The translations under genes were made by a program, and so were the position numbers. A stretch of DNA of 63,223 nt, the filler included, from Olpidium bornovanus S191 (Eukaryota; Fungi; Olpidiomycota): NCBI GenBank assembly GCA_017911155.1. It is 28 parts of 28 records of this genome, joined end to end, with 100 filler letters (N's around TTAATTAATTAA, not from the genome) between each part and the next. Parts side by side here need not be neighbours in the genome. Positions count along the whole stretch, not along the records: positions 35,028 to 38,678 come from JAEFCI010006444.1; positions 38,779 to 40,068 come from JAEFCI010012055.1; positions 40,169 to 41,883 come from JAEFCI010001189.1; positions 41,984 to 43,491 come from JAEFCI010006391.1; positions 43,592 to 45,344 come from JAEFCI010012891.1; positions 45,445 to 46,765 come from JAEFCI010012034.1; positions 46,866 to 54,045 come from JAEFCI010003747.1; 21 more parts are not named here. One strand, written 5' to 3'. Below, one piece after another: positions 36,812-48,120 of the stretch. The notes under the pieces are model-generated. The model was not told the DNA's origin. It made no database searches and was given only the letters and a program-made list of their open reading frames with translations. The first letter of the stretch is position 1. Every line of letters begins with the position of its first letter.

Positions 36812-38678
36812 ATGAAGTCCTCCCTGCCGTCTATCGCCGCGCTGGCCGCCTGTGCTGCTGCCCTGGCCCGGGCGGAGGTGTACTTCCGCGAGGATTTTTC
36901 CGCCGACAAGCTGGACACGGATCGGTGGGTCGCGTCGGAGGCAAGGCCTGATTACGGCGCGTTCGAGGTCGGCCCCGGCGCGTGGTTCGCCGACGAGAAA
37001 AAGAGCCGCGGTCTGCGCACCACGCAGGACTACCGCTTTTACGCCCTCTCCGCGCCACTCGAGAAGGTGTTCGACACCACAGGCAAGGACCTCGTCGTCC
37101 AGTTTTCCGCTAAAAATGAGCAGATCATCGAGTGCGGCGGCGGGTATCTCAAGGTGACGAGGCGGAGACGCTGAAGGGCGTCGGGGACGTGGTGGGGGGG
37201 AAAGGGAGGAAACGCCCAGACACTGGTGCGCCAGCCTACCTCTGCAAGGCTTCCGTCCCGTCGAACTGCGCGTCCTGCTCGCGCAACCTGGCGAGGGGAA
37301 CGCGTTTGTCTTAACCTTTTTTCAAAACCCTGGCACTCCCATCCAGCTAATGCCGCCAGACTTCTTACCCAAAAACTTCACCGGCGACTCGCCGTTCGAG
37401 TTGATGTTTGGCCCGGGTATGGGAACGTTGCTGTCACCTGTGCGCCCACCGTCCCGTGATTCCTTACTTCCTCGCTGCCCATCTATCTGACTTGCGCTAA
37501 AACCCCGTCGTGTTTACGGGGAGAGTCGTCCTTACACTTATTTTATTCACTCAGATATCTGCGGGTCTACCCACCGCCTGCACGTCATTTTCCGCTACAA
37601 GGGCGAAGGCAAGCTGATCAAGAAGGACATAACATGCCCAGATGACCATTTCACACACCTTTACACTCTCATCGTGAAGCCCGACCAGACCTACAAGATC
37701 CTCGTTGACCAAAAGGAAAAGCTCAGCGGCAGCTTGCTAGAGGATTGGGATTTCCTCTCGGCTAAGACCATTAAAGGTGTTATGGCCGATGTTACGGCCA
37801 AGAGTGCGAGGGAAGCGGTGTGGCAGCGGCCACATTGGAACCCGGTGAAGTAAACTAAACGTGCCTCATTGTATTAGACCCCGAAGTTAAGAAGCCGGAA
37901 GACTGGGTCGATGAGGAGATGATGGACGGTAAATGCGCCGCCGTTTGGAAGAGTCGGCGGCAAGTCGACGAGCCAACCTGACTGACGGACACCAACTGCC
38001 TAGACCCACAGGACACGAAGCCGGAGGGCTACGATGACATCCCGGAGTTCATCCCCACAGAAAAGCCCGCAGATTGGGACGGTGAGTTTGCTTCCTTGTA
38101 CCTTCACAGGCCATTCACGGTCGTTGACCACGATATTAACGCCCATTTCGTGGCGCTACTCTTGGACTTTGCCTCCAGATGACGCTGACGGGGAGTGGAT
38201 ACCGGCGAATAAGGAGAACCCAGAATACAAAGGCAAGTGGACGCCGAAAAAGGTACGGCCCGACACGCCGGCGTACGCCTGACGCAGCGGCTTGGCTTTG
38301 GGTCTCTTATGCAGATGCTGTCTCCCGCTAGATCAAGAACCCAAACTACAAGGGCGAATGGGTGCATCCCGAGATCCCAAACCCGGACTACGTCGCAGAT
38401 GATACGATATACGTGCGAAACATCGGCTTCATTGGCTTTGACCTGTGGCAAGGTCAGAATCGGACAGCTTTTCGTTCCCGTGGTTGCATTTGTCTTATTT
38501 AACTAATCCAAGCGATACTATTTGACTTCCCGCTTCCGCTACTAACTTTCGGTACGGCCGTCCTCCAGTGAAGTCCGGGACCATTTTCGATGACATTTTG
38601 ATCAGCGACTCAATCGAGGAGGCTGCAAAAGCAGCAAACGACTTCGAGAAGTTTCACACGAAAGAAGAAGAAGCCATG
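36812..38678 (+). CDS. CRT: Calreticulin, spliced (about 8 exons), C-terminal tail missing at contig end
   Basis: Signal peptide, EVYFREDF, DLVVQFSAKNEQIIECGGGYLK, MFGPDICG, THLYTLIVKPD, P-domain KPEDW/GEW repeats, GFDLWQ|VKSGTIFDDILISD. The short calreticulin-type P-domain and EVYF start argue against calnexin. Confidence 0.9.
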
Positions 38679-38778
38679 NNNNNNNNNNNNNNNNNNNNNN
38701 NNNNNNNNNNNNNNNNNNNNNNTTAATTAATTAANNNNNNNNNNNNNNNNNNNNNNNNNNNNNNNNNNNNNNNNNNNN

Positions 38779-39310
38779 CATGAGTCGTGGCCGAACTCGA
38801 AACTACCGAGGCAATACTTTCAGCGAGGGACGGGCCACGGCGGCGACAGTCTTCCCCGTCTTTGTCGCGGTCGTCATTGCAGCCGCGGCGGCCTCGCGGC
38901 TCGCCCTCACGCATCGAAAGTGCCTTGAGTAGCTGTTCGATTTGGTTGTCCTTGCGAGCGAGCTCTAGCCGCGTCTGTTCGAACATATGACGAACTTCTT
39001 TGGCCGAAACGAACTCGAAAGTGTTCTTCTCGATGGCCGGTAAGCCAGAAGGGCTGGTTCCCTGAGGCTCGAGGCGTTCCACGGCTTGTGGAGCTGAAGA
39101 CGGAAGCGGGGTCGGCTGCGCAGCGCTTTTCGGTCCGGGCTTCTCAGGACCGGACGACGCGCTCGACTCCGCTGCTGCTTTTCCTTTCTCACGAGAGGCA
39201 GAGGCGTAGCCAAGGCCAAGCTGAGAGTTCTTCGTACCGCGGCCGCCGAGGCGCGCTGCATCCTCCCTGGCCGCAAGCGCGCGGGGGGAAGGGCTCCTCC
39301 CAACGGTCAT
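38779..39310 (-). mobile_element. Putative Gag N-terminus of the copia element whose LTR is at 39498-39680
   Basis: Intronless ORF starting ~175 bp downstream of the PBS, with a coiled coil (FEQTRLELARKDNQIEQLLKAL). Assignment is positional only. Confidence 0.45.
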
Positions 39311-39483
39311 GGTCAATCCAAGATCGAAGGTTGAGCTCGTTGTCAAGGAGAGAAGAGCGGGAAAAAACACGTAAACAAACCAGGGTACGCTCCGGACAAC
39401 GAGTTCCTCAAGCCCGTCGCCTTCCAGCCGGCCCCGTATTTGACAGGAAAGGAGGAGTAATCAAGGTCTCTCAGAGAGTCTTT

Positions 39484-39680
39484 GGGCTCATAACCTCTGA
39501 GCTGAGCGGCTCAGAGGACAGTGGTGTACGGTCTGGTTTTGTTTACTTCTATTGTGTATGGTAGAGCGACTATGGAAGGCGTCTCTGGGAAGCCCTGTGT
39601 CATTCAGTGAGGCGAGCCCTGACTGGCTGGGGTCACCCGAAATCAGAGTCACGTGACCCACGCAGAAAAGTCCGCCAACA
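39484..39680 (-). mobile_element. 5' LTR (TG...CA, ~183 bp, 39680-39498) and primer-binding site GGTTATGAGCCC (39495-39484) of a Ty1/copia element
   Basis: The minus strand starts TGTTGG and ends CTCA, then GA + GGTTATGAGCCC. This is the exact complement of the tRNAiMet anticodon arm GGGCUCAUAACC, the PBS type used by yeast Ty5 (Drosophila copia uses a near-identical site). Confidence 0.8.
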
Positions 39681-40035
39681 TGCATGACAGTCTCAACTAT
39701 GGAAGCAGAGCTTGTGGCAGCTTCAGCTGCAACTCAGGAAATCATCTGGTTACAGAGACTTCTCGTCGCGATCCTGGGACCATGTCAACCGGCAAAATTT
39801 TTTGTTGATAATCAAGGCGCAGTCGACCTGTCAACATCCGTCCATCAAAGCTTATGTTGATTAAAACACACTGATGTTTGTCACTTTTTTGTCAGAGATC
39901 AAGTTCAGAGTGGCTTTATTCAAGTTTATCACCAGAACGGCCAATGTCGCCGATTTATTCACGAAGGGTTTACCAAAACATCGTTTTCTTGAGTGTATCA
40001 CTACGTTAAGATTGGGAGATACTGCTGTATCATAG
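39681..40035 (+). mobile_element. Degenerate Ty1/copia RNase H domain
   Basis: VSTMEAELVAAS..IWLQRLL..FVDNQGAVDL..*LKHTDVCHFFVRDQV..(fs)NVADLFTKGL; one stop (39858-39860) and one frameshift. Confidence 0.85.
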
Positions 40036-42211
40036 CCATCGCTTTCTTTTCTTTTCTTTGCACACATGNNNNNNNNNNNNNNNNNNNNNNNNNNNNNNNN
40101 NNNNNNNNNNNNTTAATTAATTAANNNNNNNNNNNNNNNNNNNNNNNNNNNNNNNNNNNNNNNNNNNNCATGGAGGGGAGGTGGTTTTTCGTCTTAAATT
40201 CGGCCCTCAAGCATTCGAGGTGAAACGCGCCCGGCTATCTCGCCTTTCGCCGTCTTACAGGGCAACCGGACACACGACCGTGCACACGAACTGGGATGTG
40301 CGCGCGTACATTCCCCGCCTTGTAAGTCCTCCTTTCGCCAAGAAAAGGCAAGGGCGATGAAAAAGGGCAGGCCTGCCTCTCCAAACAACAAAAAGGGGGG
40401 GAGGAGGGGGGTGGGAGGAAAACGCGGTTTGCGCGGCGTTTCAAAACGCCAGTAGCAGTGGAAACAAATCCAGCGGACGCTTATTCTAACTTTGTTTCTG
40501 GCCCCTGCCCTCGTTCTCAGCTGGTGGACTTCTACGCCGACCGGGCTCGATTCGTCAACGAAGTTTGATTTCCTTTTTCGGCGATCGGCAATAACTCGCA
40601 GACTTCTGCTTTTTTTTGGTTTTTTTTTGCCGCGCCTTTTTTGGGGTGATGTTTTTTTGAGAAAGAAGAACCGGGAAATGCTGGAGGCAAACGAGTAACG
40701 TTTTAGGTCTCCCTCGAGCCAATTCGGCTCACATCCTCGCACACTTCTCATGAAAAAGCAGCAGACTTGGCGGTCGCGGAACGCTTCTGGCTGTCCCAGC
40801 TAGCCGCGAAGTGCCGGTTTGTTTGCCGATGGTGTACCAAGCCTCTCTCCAGTCGCCGCAGCGCCGCGGCGCTGCGCCTGGAGGAATTGGTCGGAATCCT
40901 GGTCCCGCGTCCGGCCCCTTGCCGGAATGCGAAGTGGACGCCGTCCGGGCTCTCCAACGAAAGCGCTGCCCGCATCACCGGTATGGACGCGCGAATGGCA
41001 GAGCCGGAGTAAGGGAAGGCGGGATCAGGGGCGACTTGGTCGGCGCGCTGATGTCGATCTTTCAAAGCAAGCGCTGGAATTCTAGTATTGGCCGTTTGCG
41101 CGCCTGTCGTCGAAGTCGCAGCGACAGTGCGCATACCCAAAACACGCAAAATGCAAGGGCACGAGTCATAACGTTCTCCGTAATATAGGGGTTTTCCGCG
41201 AGGAGAGAGCGCGGTTGGAATGTGTGGAAGCAGAGCGTCGGAAAACTAGTTTGCGTGGATGTCTTGCATGACAAGACGACACACCAAAAATGCCGGTATC
41301 CCATGGAAACTCAACGAACATATAAATATAATTATAAATATTAATATAGTATTACAATAATAATAATAAATATACACCAAAAATCCCGGTAACCCATGGA
41401 AACACGGCGGCCGGGGGAAATTTTTCTGGCGAAGGCAAATAAACAAGAAACAGAAAGCTTAAATCACGATTTACGCATAGATAACCTTCCGACCGGGCGG
41501 CATCGGCCAGCTCCATAGCACTTTTTCCCTTTCCCATAGCAGTCACCGTAGCCAGCCCAAGCCCGGTCCTTTGCCGCAGCGTCGTTACCTGCGGCGTTGC
41601 AAGCGGAAGCCGTTTTCCTTTCCGCAGCCGCGACGCTCAGAAACGGTGGCTACACGATCGAAAGGAAAGCGGGCATGCCTAGCGCAAACCCGCCGATGGG
41701 GAAAAACCCCGTCTCTGACGTGGTGTGCGGACGTGTGTGTGTGGCGGGGCGCTTGCGTTTGTTGCCGGCCAGCTGGCTTTTAAGACGGGGGGGGGCAAAT
41801 CGCACGCCGCCCTGCCCGAACGCTTGCACCAGGAAGAGCACACTTTTGAGAAATTCATAGTATTTCATTAAGGATTTTACATGNNNNNNNNNNNNNNNNN
41901 NNNNNNNNNNNNNNNNNNNNNNNNNNNTTAATTAATTAANNNNNNNNNNNNNNNNNNNNNNNNNNNNNNNNNNNNNNNNNNNNCCCCCCCCCCCCCCCCC
42001 CCCCTTCCTCCGCAATCTTTCGTCAAACAATTCCGCGCGCGCGGGGGAAAGACCCCGCCGCCCTCCTCTGAGGTTGGGTTCTTCCAAAAAAAAAAATGTT
42101 TCCGCCCCGCTGAAATGTATTAATCCGCTACCATCGCGACACCCCCTCCCCCACATTTAACCCGGAAAAAAAAAAAAAACTTCCCGCCCCCCGTCGAATC
42201 GGGGACAACAG

Positions 42212-43173
42212 GGAAGCGGCCTCCCCCGCCGCCGCCGCCGCGGCAAAGAGGAGCAGGCCCGGGCGCCTCGCCGCAGGCGCAAGCGAGCGCGCCGCCGCCT
42301 CCTCCGCCGCCGCGCGCCCTTCCCCTTCCGGCGGCGGCGGCGGCGGCGGCGGCGGCCGAATCGCCGCGAACTTCGGCGCGGGCGCCGCCGGTGCCGTCCG
42401 CGCCGCCTCCGCCGCCGCCCCCGCCGACGGGCGGCGCGCCGCCGCCGCCGCCTCCGCCTCCGCCTCCGCCGGCCGCCGCTCCGCCGTTACCCGCTCAACC
42501 GGTCCGGAGCCCCGCGGTACCGCGCCCCGCCTCCACGCCGGCGGCGCCGCCTGGAGGCGGCGGCCGGTCGGATTTCCTTGCGAGCATCAAGAACGCCGGC
42601 GGAATCAGCTCCCTCAAGCCGGTTCGTCAAAATATTCAATGCTTTTTCCTCTTCTTTTTTTGGTTTCCTTTTCGTCTCGTTCGCGCCTCGCCGCTACGCT
42701 TTCTTGACGGTGGATGAGGCGTGGGGAAGGGCAGGGGAGGGGGGAGGTGGAACAAGGAGGGCCGGCGGAAAAAAAAAGAAGAATATACGCGCCCACATAA
42801 CGTTTTGGTTTCGTTCAATTTGTCATTTTTTTTTTCTCGCGTTGTGTTTCCCCGCCCCCCACCACCACGTGTGCGAGTGGACAGGCCGCGGCCCGCGAAC
42901 AACCAGACCCTCTGCCGGTGGATGACGGCGCGGGCGGCGGCAACGATCTGGCTTCGGCGCTGGCCGCGGCGCTGGCGGCAAGGTCGAAGGTGATCGCTGA
43001 CGAGTCAGGTGAGGGCGCTCGTCGCGTATACATATATATGTTTTTTTTCCCCCGCAGTTTTTTGTCCCCGACGCGTCCAAACAAGGTGGGAGTGGGATAC
43101 TGACCCGATTTCCGAACGTGACACGGGCGTAACCCTGATAGACGAAGAAGAAGAAGACGACTGGGACGATTAG
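42212..43173 (+). CDS. LAS17: WASP/Las17 C-terminal region (poly-Pro, WH2, central, acidic), spliced
   Basis: Poly-Pro tracts, RSDFLASIKNAGGISSLKP (WH2), DLASALAAALAARSKVI (C helix), DEEEEDDWDD* (acidic with Trp). Confidence 0.88.
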
Positions 43174-45444
43174 GAAAATCGTTTCGTTTTTATGATATCA
43201 TTTTTGTAATCATCTTTTGAAAACGGTCATAAAGATCTTCAAAAGGGCAATATGACCCCAAATCTTCCATAAATGGGAAACCCGGGAGGAGGAAGGGGCC
43301 CGTGAATGTGAGGAGGACGGGTGAAGCGTTAAAGTTTTATGTAAACTCTGGCACTACTGCTGCATATCCTATGTCTATCCATTCATCCCGGGGAAGAGGT
43401 ATCGATCCTTTGACGTGTCCCTAGGCAAGGCGGCATGTGCCGGCCTGCCTCATTCAGCCACGACGGCCTCGTCCAAAACCATCAAGCGAAANNNNNNNNN
43501 NNNNNNNNNNNNNNNNNNNNNNNNNNNNNNNNNNNTTAATTAATTAANNNNNNNNNNNNNNNNNNNNNNNNNNNNNNNNNNNNNNNNNNNNCCACGACGA
43601 AAAAAGCGGTCTGATCCACGACGAGCCGGCCGACGGGTTTTGCGCCGGCACAGCTGACGTTTGAGCCGTAATGATTTTGCCGAGGAGTTGGCAGGATTTC
43701 GGCGAAGTCATGGCCGCGGCACTTCATCCTTCTTCTTCCAGCACGAACGTCGTCGCTGCGTCCGGTAGGGGCGTGGGCCTGGGCGGGCGGGAGCGAAGGA
43801 AGAGAGTGTTTGGAAGTGTTGGAAGAAGGTCAGAGCGTTTGTTCGGGGAGGGAAGGCAGTGGTGGGAAGGGCCGGATGCCTTTTATCTTTCTGTGCCCGC
43901 ACGGGGGCGGCGCGTTTCTGGGCGAACAAAGAGGCGGGGAGGGGAGGGCGGGAGAGGTGCGCAATTTCTTCGCGCAAATCACGTGAAACGACGTGACACT
44001 GCAATGTGTGAACCTTGCGTTAAAGATGTTTTGCATCTGAAGTCACCCGTGAAAAAAGTACGCGCCGCGGCCCGTCCCGGGAATCTGCGTTTCGGCTGGG
44101 CAAAAAGCGCGCGGCCTCCTGTTTCTACCGCTTGCCGCCGCGACCTTGACACGCCCCCCCCCCCCCCCCCCCCCCCCCGCCCCCCCCCCCCCCCCCCCCC
44201 CCCCCCCACGCCCCGCGTCGATGCAGGCGCAGCCACATCCTCCCGCCTCTCTGTTACAGCCTGGCGACAGAAGCGGCAGCCGGGCGCCGGCACACCGGCG
44301 CCCTCGCGCGGCACGGCGCTGCTTTAGTCCCGGCGCCTCCCGCCTGGCTGTGCTGATTCGGCCGCGTGCTGCCCGCAACCGCTGTCGCGAATTGGTTATC
44401 GGCTGCTGCAGCTGTCTTGATCCCAGGCTCGTCCCTCCCGGCGAACCCGCCGTGCTACGCACGCGGACGGGCTGGACAGGACGGACCGGTTCATTTGACG
44501 GGGTTTGGGCTAAAGAAAAACGGGGGGGAAAAGTCCTTGGGGCGGGGCGCGCCAAGGACGGATGATCATCAGCTTGAAAGGAGGGCAAGGGAATTTCCGC
44601 CCCGCGGTGCGATGTAGCGTTTCTGTGGCGTCCCGTCCCTCCCCAACTTTGAACCCCAGAACAGAGCGGAATTCACAAGGTCGCACACGCATGCAGGAGC
44701 AGCCGCTCCCCAACGGGTTCTTCTCCGCGCAGAGCGCAAGGGGCGCGCGCTGCAAAAAGGACTCCTCGAGTCCCGCTTCGTAAGCGAATCGAGGATGAAG
44801 CGCAGGAGGAGCAGGACAAGCCGCTTCGCAATAACCGCCGGGCGAAAGCCGGGGACACGCAAGCCGAGTATAACAGAAAACGGGGAGAACACAAACGCGA
44901 CTTCCCGCAATTCCCTCCTTTTGTCTCTCTTGCCGACTAGCGACGGTGAGAAGGACGATAAAGCGGAGAGCGGGAGTGGGGAAGGGGAGAAGGCGACGAT
45001 GAGGGCCGCCACTTGTTTTTGTCCCTCTTGCCGGCCAGCGGCGGCGAGAGACGAAAAAGCGGGGGGAGCGAAAACGCGGCGACGAGGGCAGGTAGGTAGG
45101 TGCGGAGTCAACAAAACGTGGGACACGCGGCCGGACGAAGGCGACACCGAGCTAAAGGGGGTAGGAGGATGAGCCTGTAGAATCGTAGTAACGGGTGAGA
45201 ATGCTGGGGAGATAGATACTCCCTTCCACCACTAACAAGTCGCGGAACGGGTCTGTGCGAATTTCGAGCGACACTTCTACGTCTCAACACCGCCAAATAA
45301 AAAGGGGGGGGGGGGGGGGGGGGGGGGGGGGGGCGGGGGAGGCGNNNNNNNNNNNNNNNNNNNNNNNNNNNNNNNNNNNNNNNNNNNNTTAATTAATTAA
45401 NNNNNNNNNNNNNNNNNNNNNNNNNNNNNNNNNNNNNNNNNNNN

Positions 45445-45486
<42 letters not shown>

Positions 45487-45564
45487 CCCCCGCCCCCCCC
45501 CCCCCCCCCCCCCCCACCCAGCAACATAGTTCCTCCCGGACGCCCCCCCCCCGGCCCCCCCCCC

Positions 45565-45615
45565 ATGGCGTACTACGGCGGACAGTTCGATCCGTCGCAG
45601 GGTCTCCACCAGTAC

Positions 45616-45650
<35 letters not shown>

Positions 45651-46740
45651 CCACCAGCAGGGCTTCGGCCAGCCGTTCGCCGCACAGGCGTCGCCCTACG
45701 GCCAGTCCGCCCACTTGGGCCTTCCCGCCGACCTGCAGAAGACAACCCTCTGGTGAGGAAAAACCCGTCAAACGGGACCCTCCCTCCCTCCCTCGCCCAC
45801 CCTTTACATGTTTGTTTTATGTTTTACCCCACCCACTTTTGGCGACTCTGCTTGTCCCGCAGGGCAGCTAGCTGCGCGCCGCGAGAGACCCGCTCGGCCC
45901 ACGTAGAAGTGCGGCGGCGCGCGTCTCCGCCGTCGTGTGATGGTCTTTTGCGACAGCGGCGGTCGGGAACGTGAAGGCTGGCGTTTCGCTTCCCGGTTGC
46001 CGTTCGAGGAAGCTAAAATGTTTCCGTCTGTTTTGCCTGTTTCTGTACCGCGCTCGATGTTTCGAAAAGGATGGGTGAGCTTGAGCCGTACATGGACGAG
46101 CACTGGGTACGTACATCGTCGAACGCCTCTCCCCACTGCTCTGACGCGTTCAAAGCCTTTGTTCCCCAACCACGGCTTTCCCTTTACGCTAACGGGACAC
46201 GGACTACCGGCCTACTGCGCTTGCGCTTGTTGGTGCATTTAAAAGATTAAGCAGATATGGTATTCGCTTGGCGAGCATGTCCAGGTCAAGATGATTCGTG
46301 ACAAGTACACTGGGTGAGAAGTTCTTTGACAGTTGGCTGTCGCTCGGCTTGCCGGAAGCCAACATAACTTGTTTGTGCCTGTTTTCTAACTGTGGTCCGT
46401 CGTTTGCGGCGATGCGCTTTCCCGTGAAGTAGCCAGAATGCCGGGTATTGCTTTGTAGATTTCGGAAACAACGCCTCGGCCGTCAAGGCGCTCACCAACC
46501 TGCAAGGAACGTTTATGCCGGGCACTAACAAGCCCTTTCGGCTGAACTGGGCTTCCGGAGGCGGTTTGAATGACCGAAGGTTGGACTTTACGTCTGCTTC
46601 TTGCGCCTTCGGCGGGTCCCGTTTTCGACGGCTTTCCAACGGCAAATCTGCATTGTTTTTGCAGCCGGGATGATCGGTCCCCGGAATTTTCGATCTTCGT
46701 TGGCGACCTGGGCTCGGAAGTTACGGATCAGATCCTTTAC
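45565..46740 (+). CDS. NAM8/Ngr1/Csx1 (TRNAU1AP-like) multi-RRM protein, N-terminal part, spliced
   Basis: PolyQ N-terminus, TTLW|MGELEPYMDE, VKMIRDK, AGYCFVDF, KPFRLNWASGG, PEFSIFVGDLGSEVTD. Confidence 0.88.
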
Positions 46741-46865
46741 GTGAGTTCCACACCGGGACGCATGGNNNNNNNNNNNNNNNNNNNNNNNNNNNNNNNNNNN
46801 NNNNNNNNNTTAATTAATTAANNNNNNNNNNNNNNNNNNNNNNNNNNNNNNNNNNNNNNNNNNNN

Positions 46866-48120
46866 CATGACAGTGGACTCTGCTGCGGACACCTACCAGC
46901 GATTTCCAAGACGTCTGCGACCATATGACAATGTCGTAGTTCCTGTACGCCTCCGCCTTGGGCGACAACAATTTACAAAGCCTTTAATACCATTTGCGGA
47001 CGACAAATCGTTTACTAGTAAGAAACATACCTACGAGCAGCTCGTGCATCCCTGGCCTCATCAGCTCAACAAAACTACTGGCAGTGCTTTTGCAGTCGAA
47101 CAGCGTATAGTCCAAGTCCATTACCAGGAGGCTTTTCCCTGCCCACCGCAATTCGTTAGGACGAGGACGCTTACGACACGACGAAGACGTTTGCCATAGC
47201 GGAAGAAAGTTTCGTACCATCACGGGGAGGGTGGATGAGCTGGATCTCTGTCTTCAGAATTTTATCTGTCGAGTTAGAGCAGCGAGTTGCTGGAACGGCG
47301 CCCGCTCCGTTTCGGCAACATTCGCGTACCTTCTTAATGACCTCGGTCAACTTCATTCTGTTTTTCTGGTCGTTCAAGTAATTCTCGTGCGCGTCTGCGT
47401 AGTCGATATCAAAATCATTCAGCACCTCAGGAAGATCAAGGAGATCAGGGTCGAGGATGTCCGCCTCGGCCGTCCCCATCATCAGAATATTATGTCCATC
47501 CTTGAGTGAAAGCGATCCCAGTACGACGTCATCAGCCTACGCGTCCGGGGGCGGAAGCACCGGTTAGCACTGGGGGAATAGAAAGCGGCACCGGCTTCTC
47601 GACCAGCAGGAACCACTCGACACTCAGCACGCACCGGCAGCTTCCCCTTGACCAGGCCTATGAGCTTCTGCCTCTTCGGCAGCACGTTCGTCAGCCCCGC
47701 GAGCTGGCCTTTGAGCTGAGAAATCGTTTCTGTGGGCCGCACATCCAGCTGGATCGCCTTCGCGCTCCACGTCACAAGCAGGCGGACCGTCCGCTCCTCC
47801 GGGTCGTCCTCCTGCTCCTCGCTGGCCGTCCGTGGACTCCGCCGGCGCGCCTCGCCATCGGCGCCCTCCGCAGCCGCCGGCGGCGGCTCTGCGGCCGCCC
47901 TGATCCCGGGCTGCACCTCATACAGCGCGCCAAGCGTTTCCACCGCCGGCCTCTTCGCTTGCTGCGGCCATTGCGGCGCCATCTTGCGGCGGCGGCGGCC
48001 GTGCCCGTGCCGCGCCTGCGGTTGCGGCGAGGAGTCCTCCGCGCCTTCTGCGGCGTTGTGCCCGTCTTTGCCGCCGGTCGTGTCGGCCGTTCCCTGGGGC
48101 ATTTTGGCTCCGCTGGTCAT
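46866..48120 (-). CDS. UBLCP1: Ubiquitin-like domain-containing CTD phosphatase 1, 3'-truncated, spliced
   Basis: UBL domain (LTNVLPKRQKLIGL..LMMGT), VLNDFDID, and HAD motif LLVMDLDYTLFD..ELMRPGMHELL..YDIVIWS. Confidence 0.88.

Noticed and set aside
40169-41883. Spliced gene in contig 19 (also contigs at 19335-20500, 43592-45344 and 48130-49700)
   Set aside because: Donor and acceptor-like sites and short open frames exist, but I could not build a coherent, recognisable protein.
43940-44040. CSVTSFHVICAKK resembling part of an extended PHD finger
   Set aside because: The other Cys/His ligands are not present in frame or in plausible neighbouring exons.
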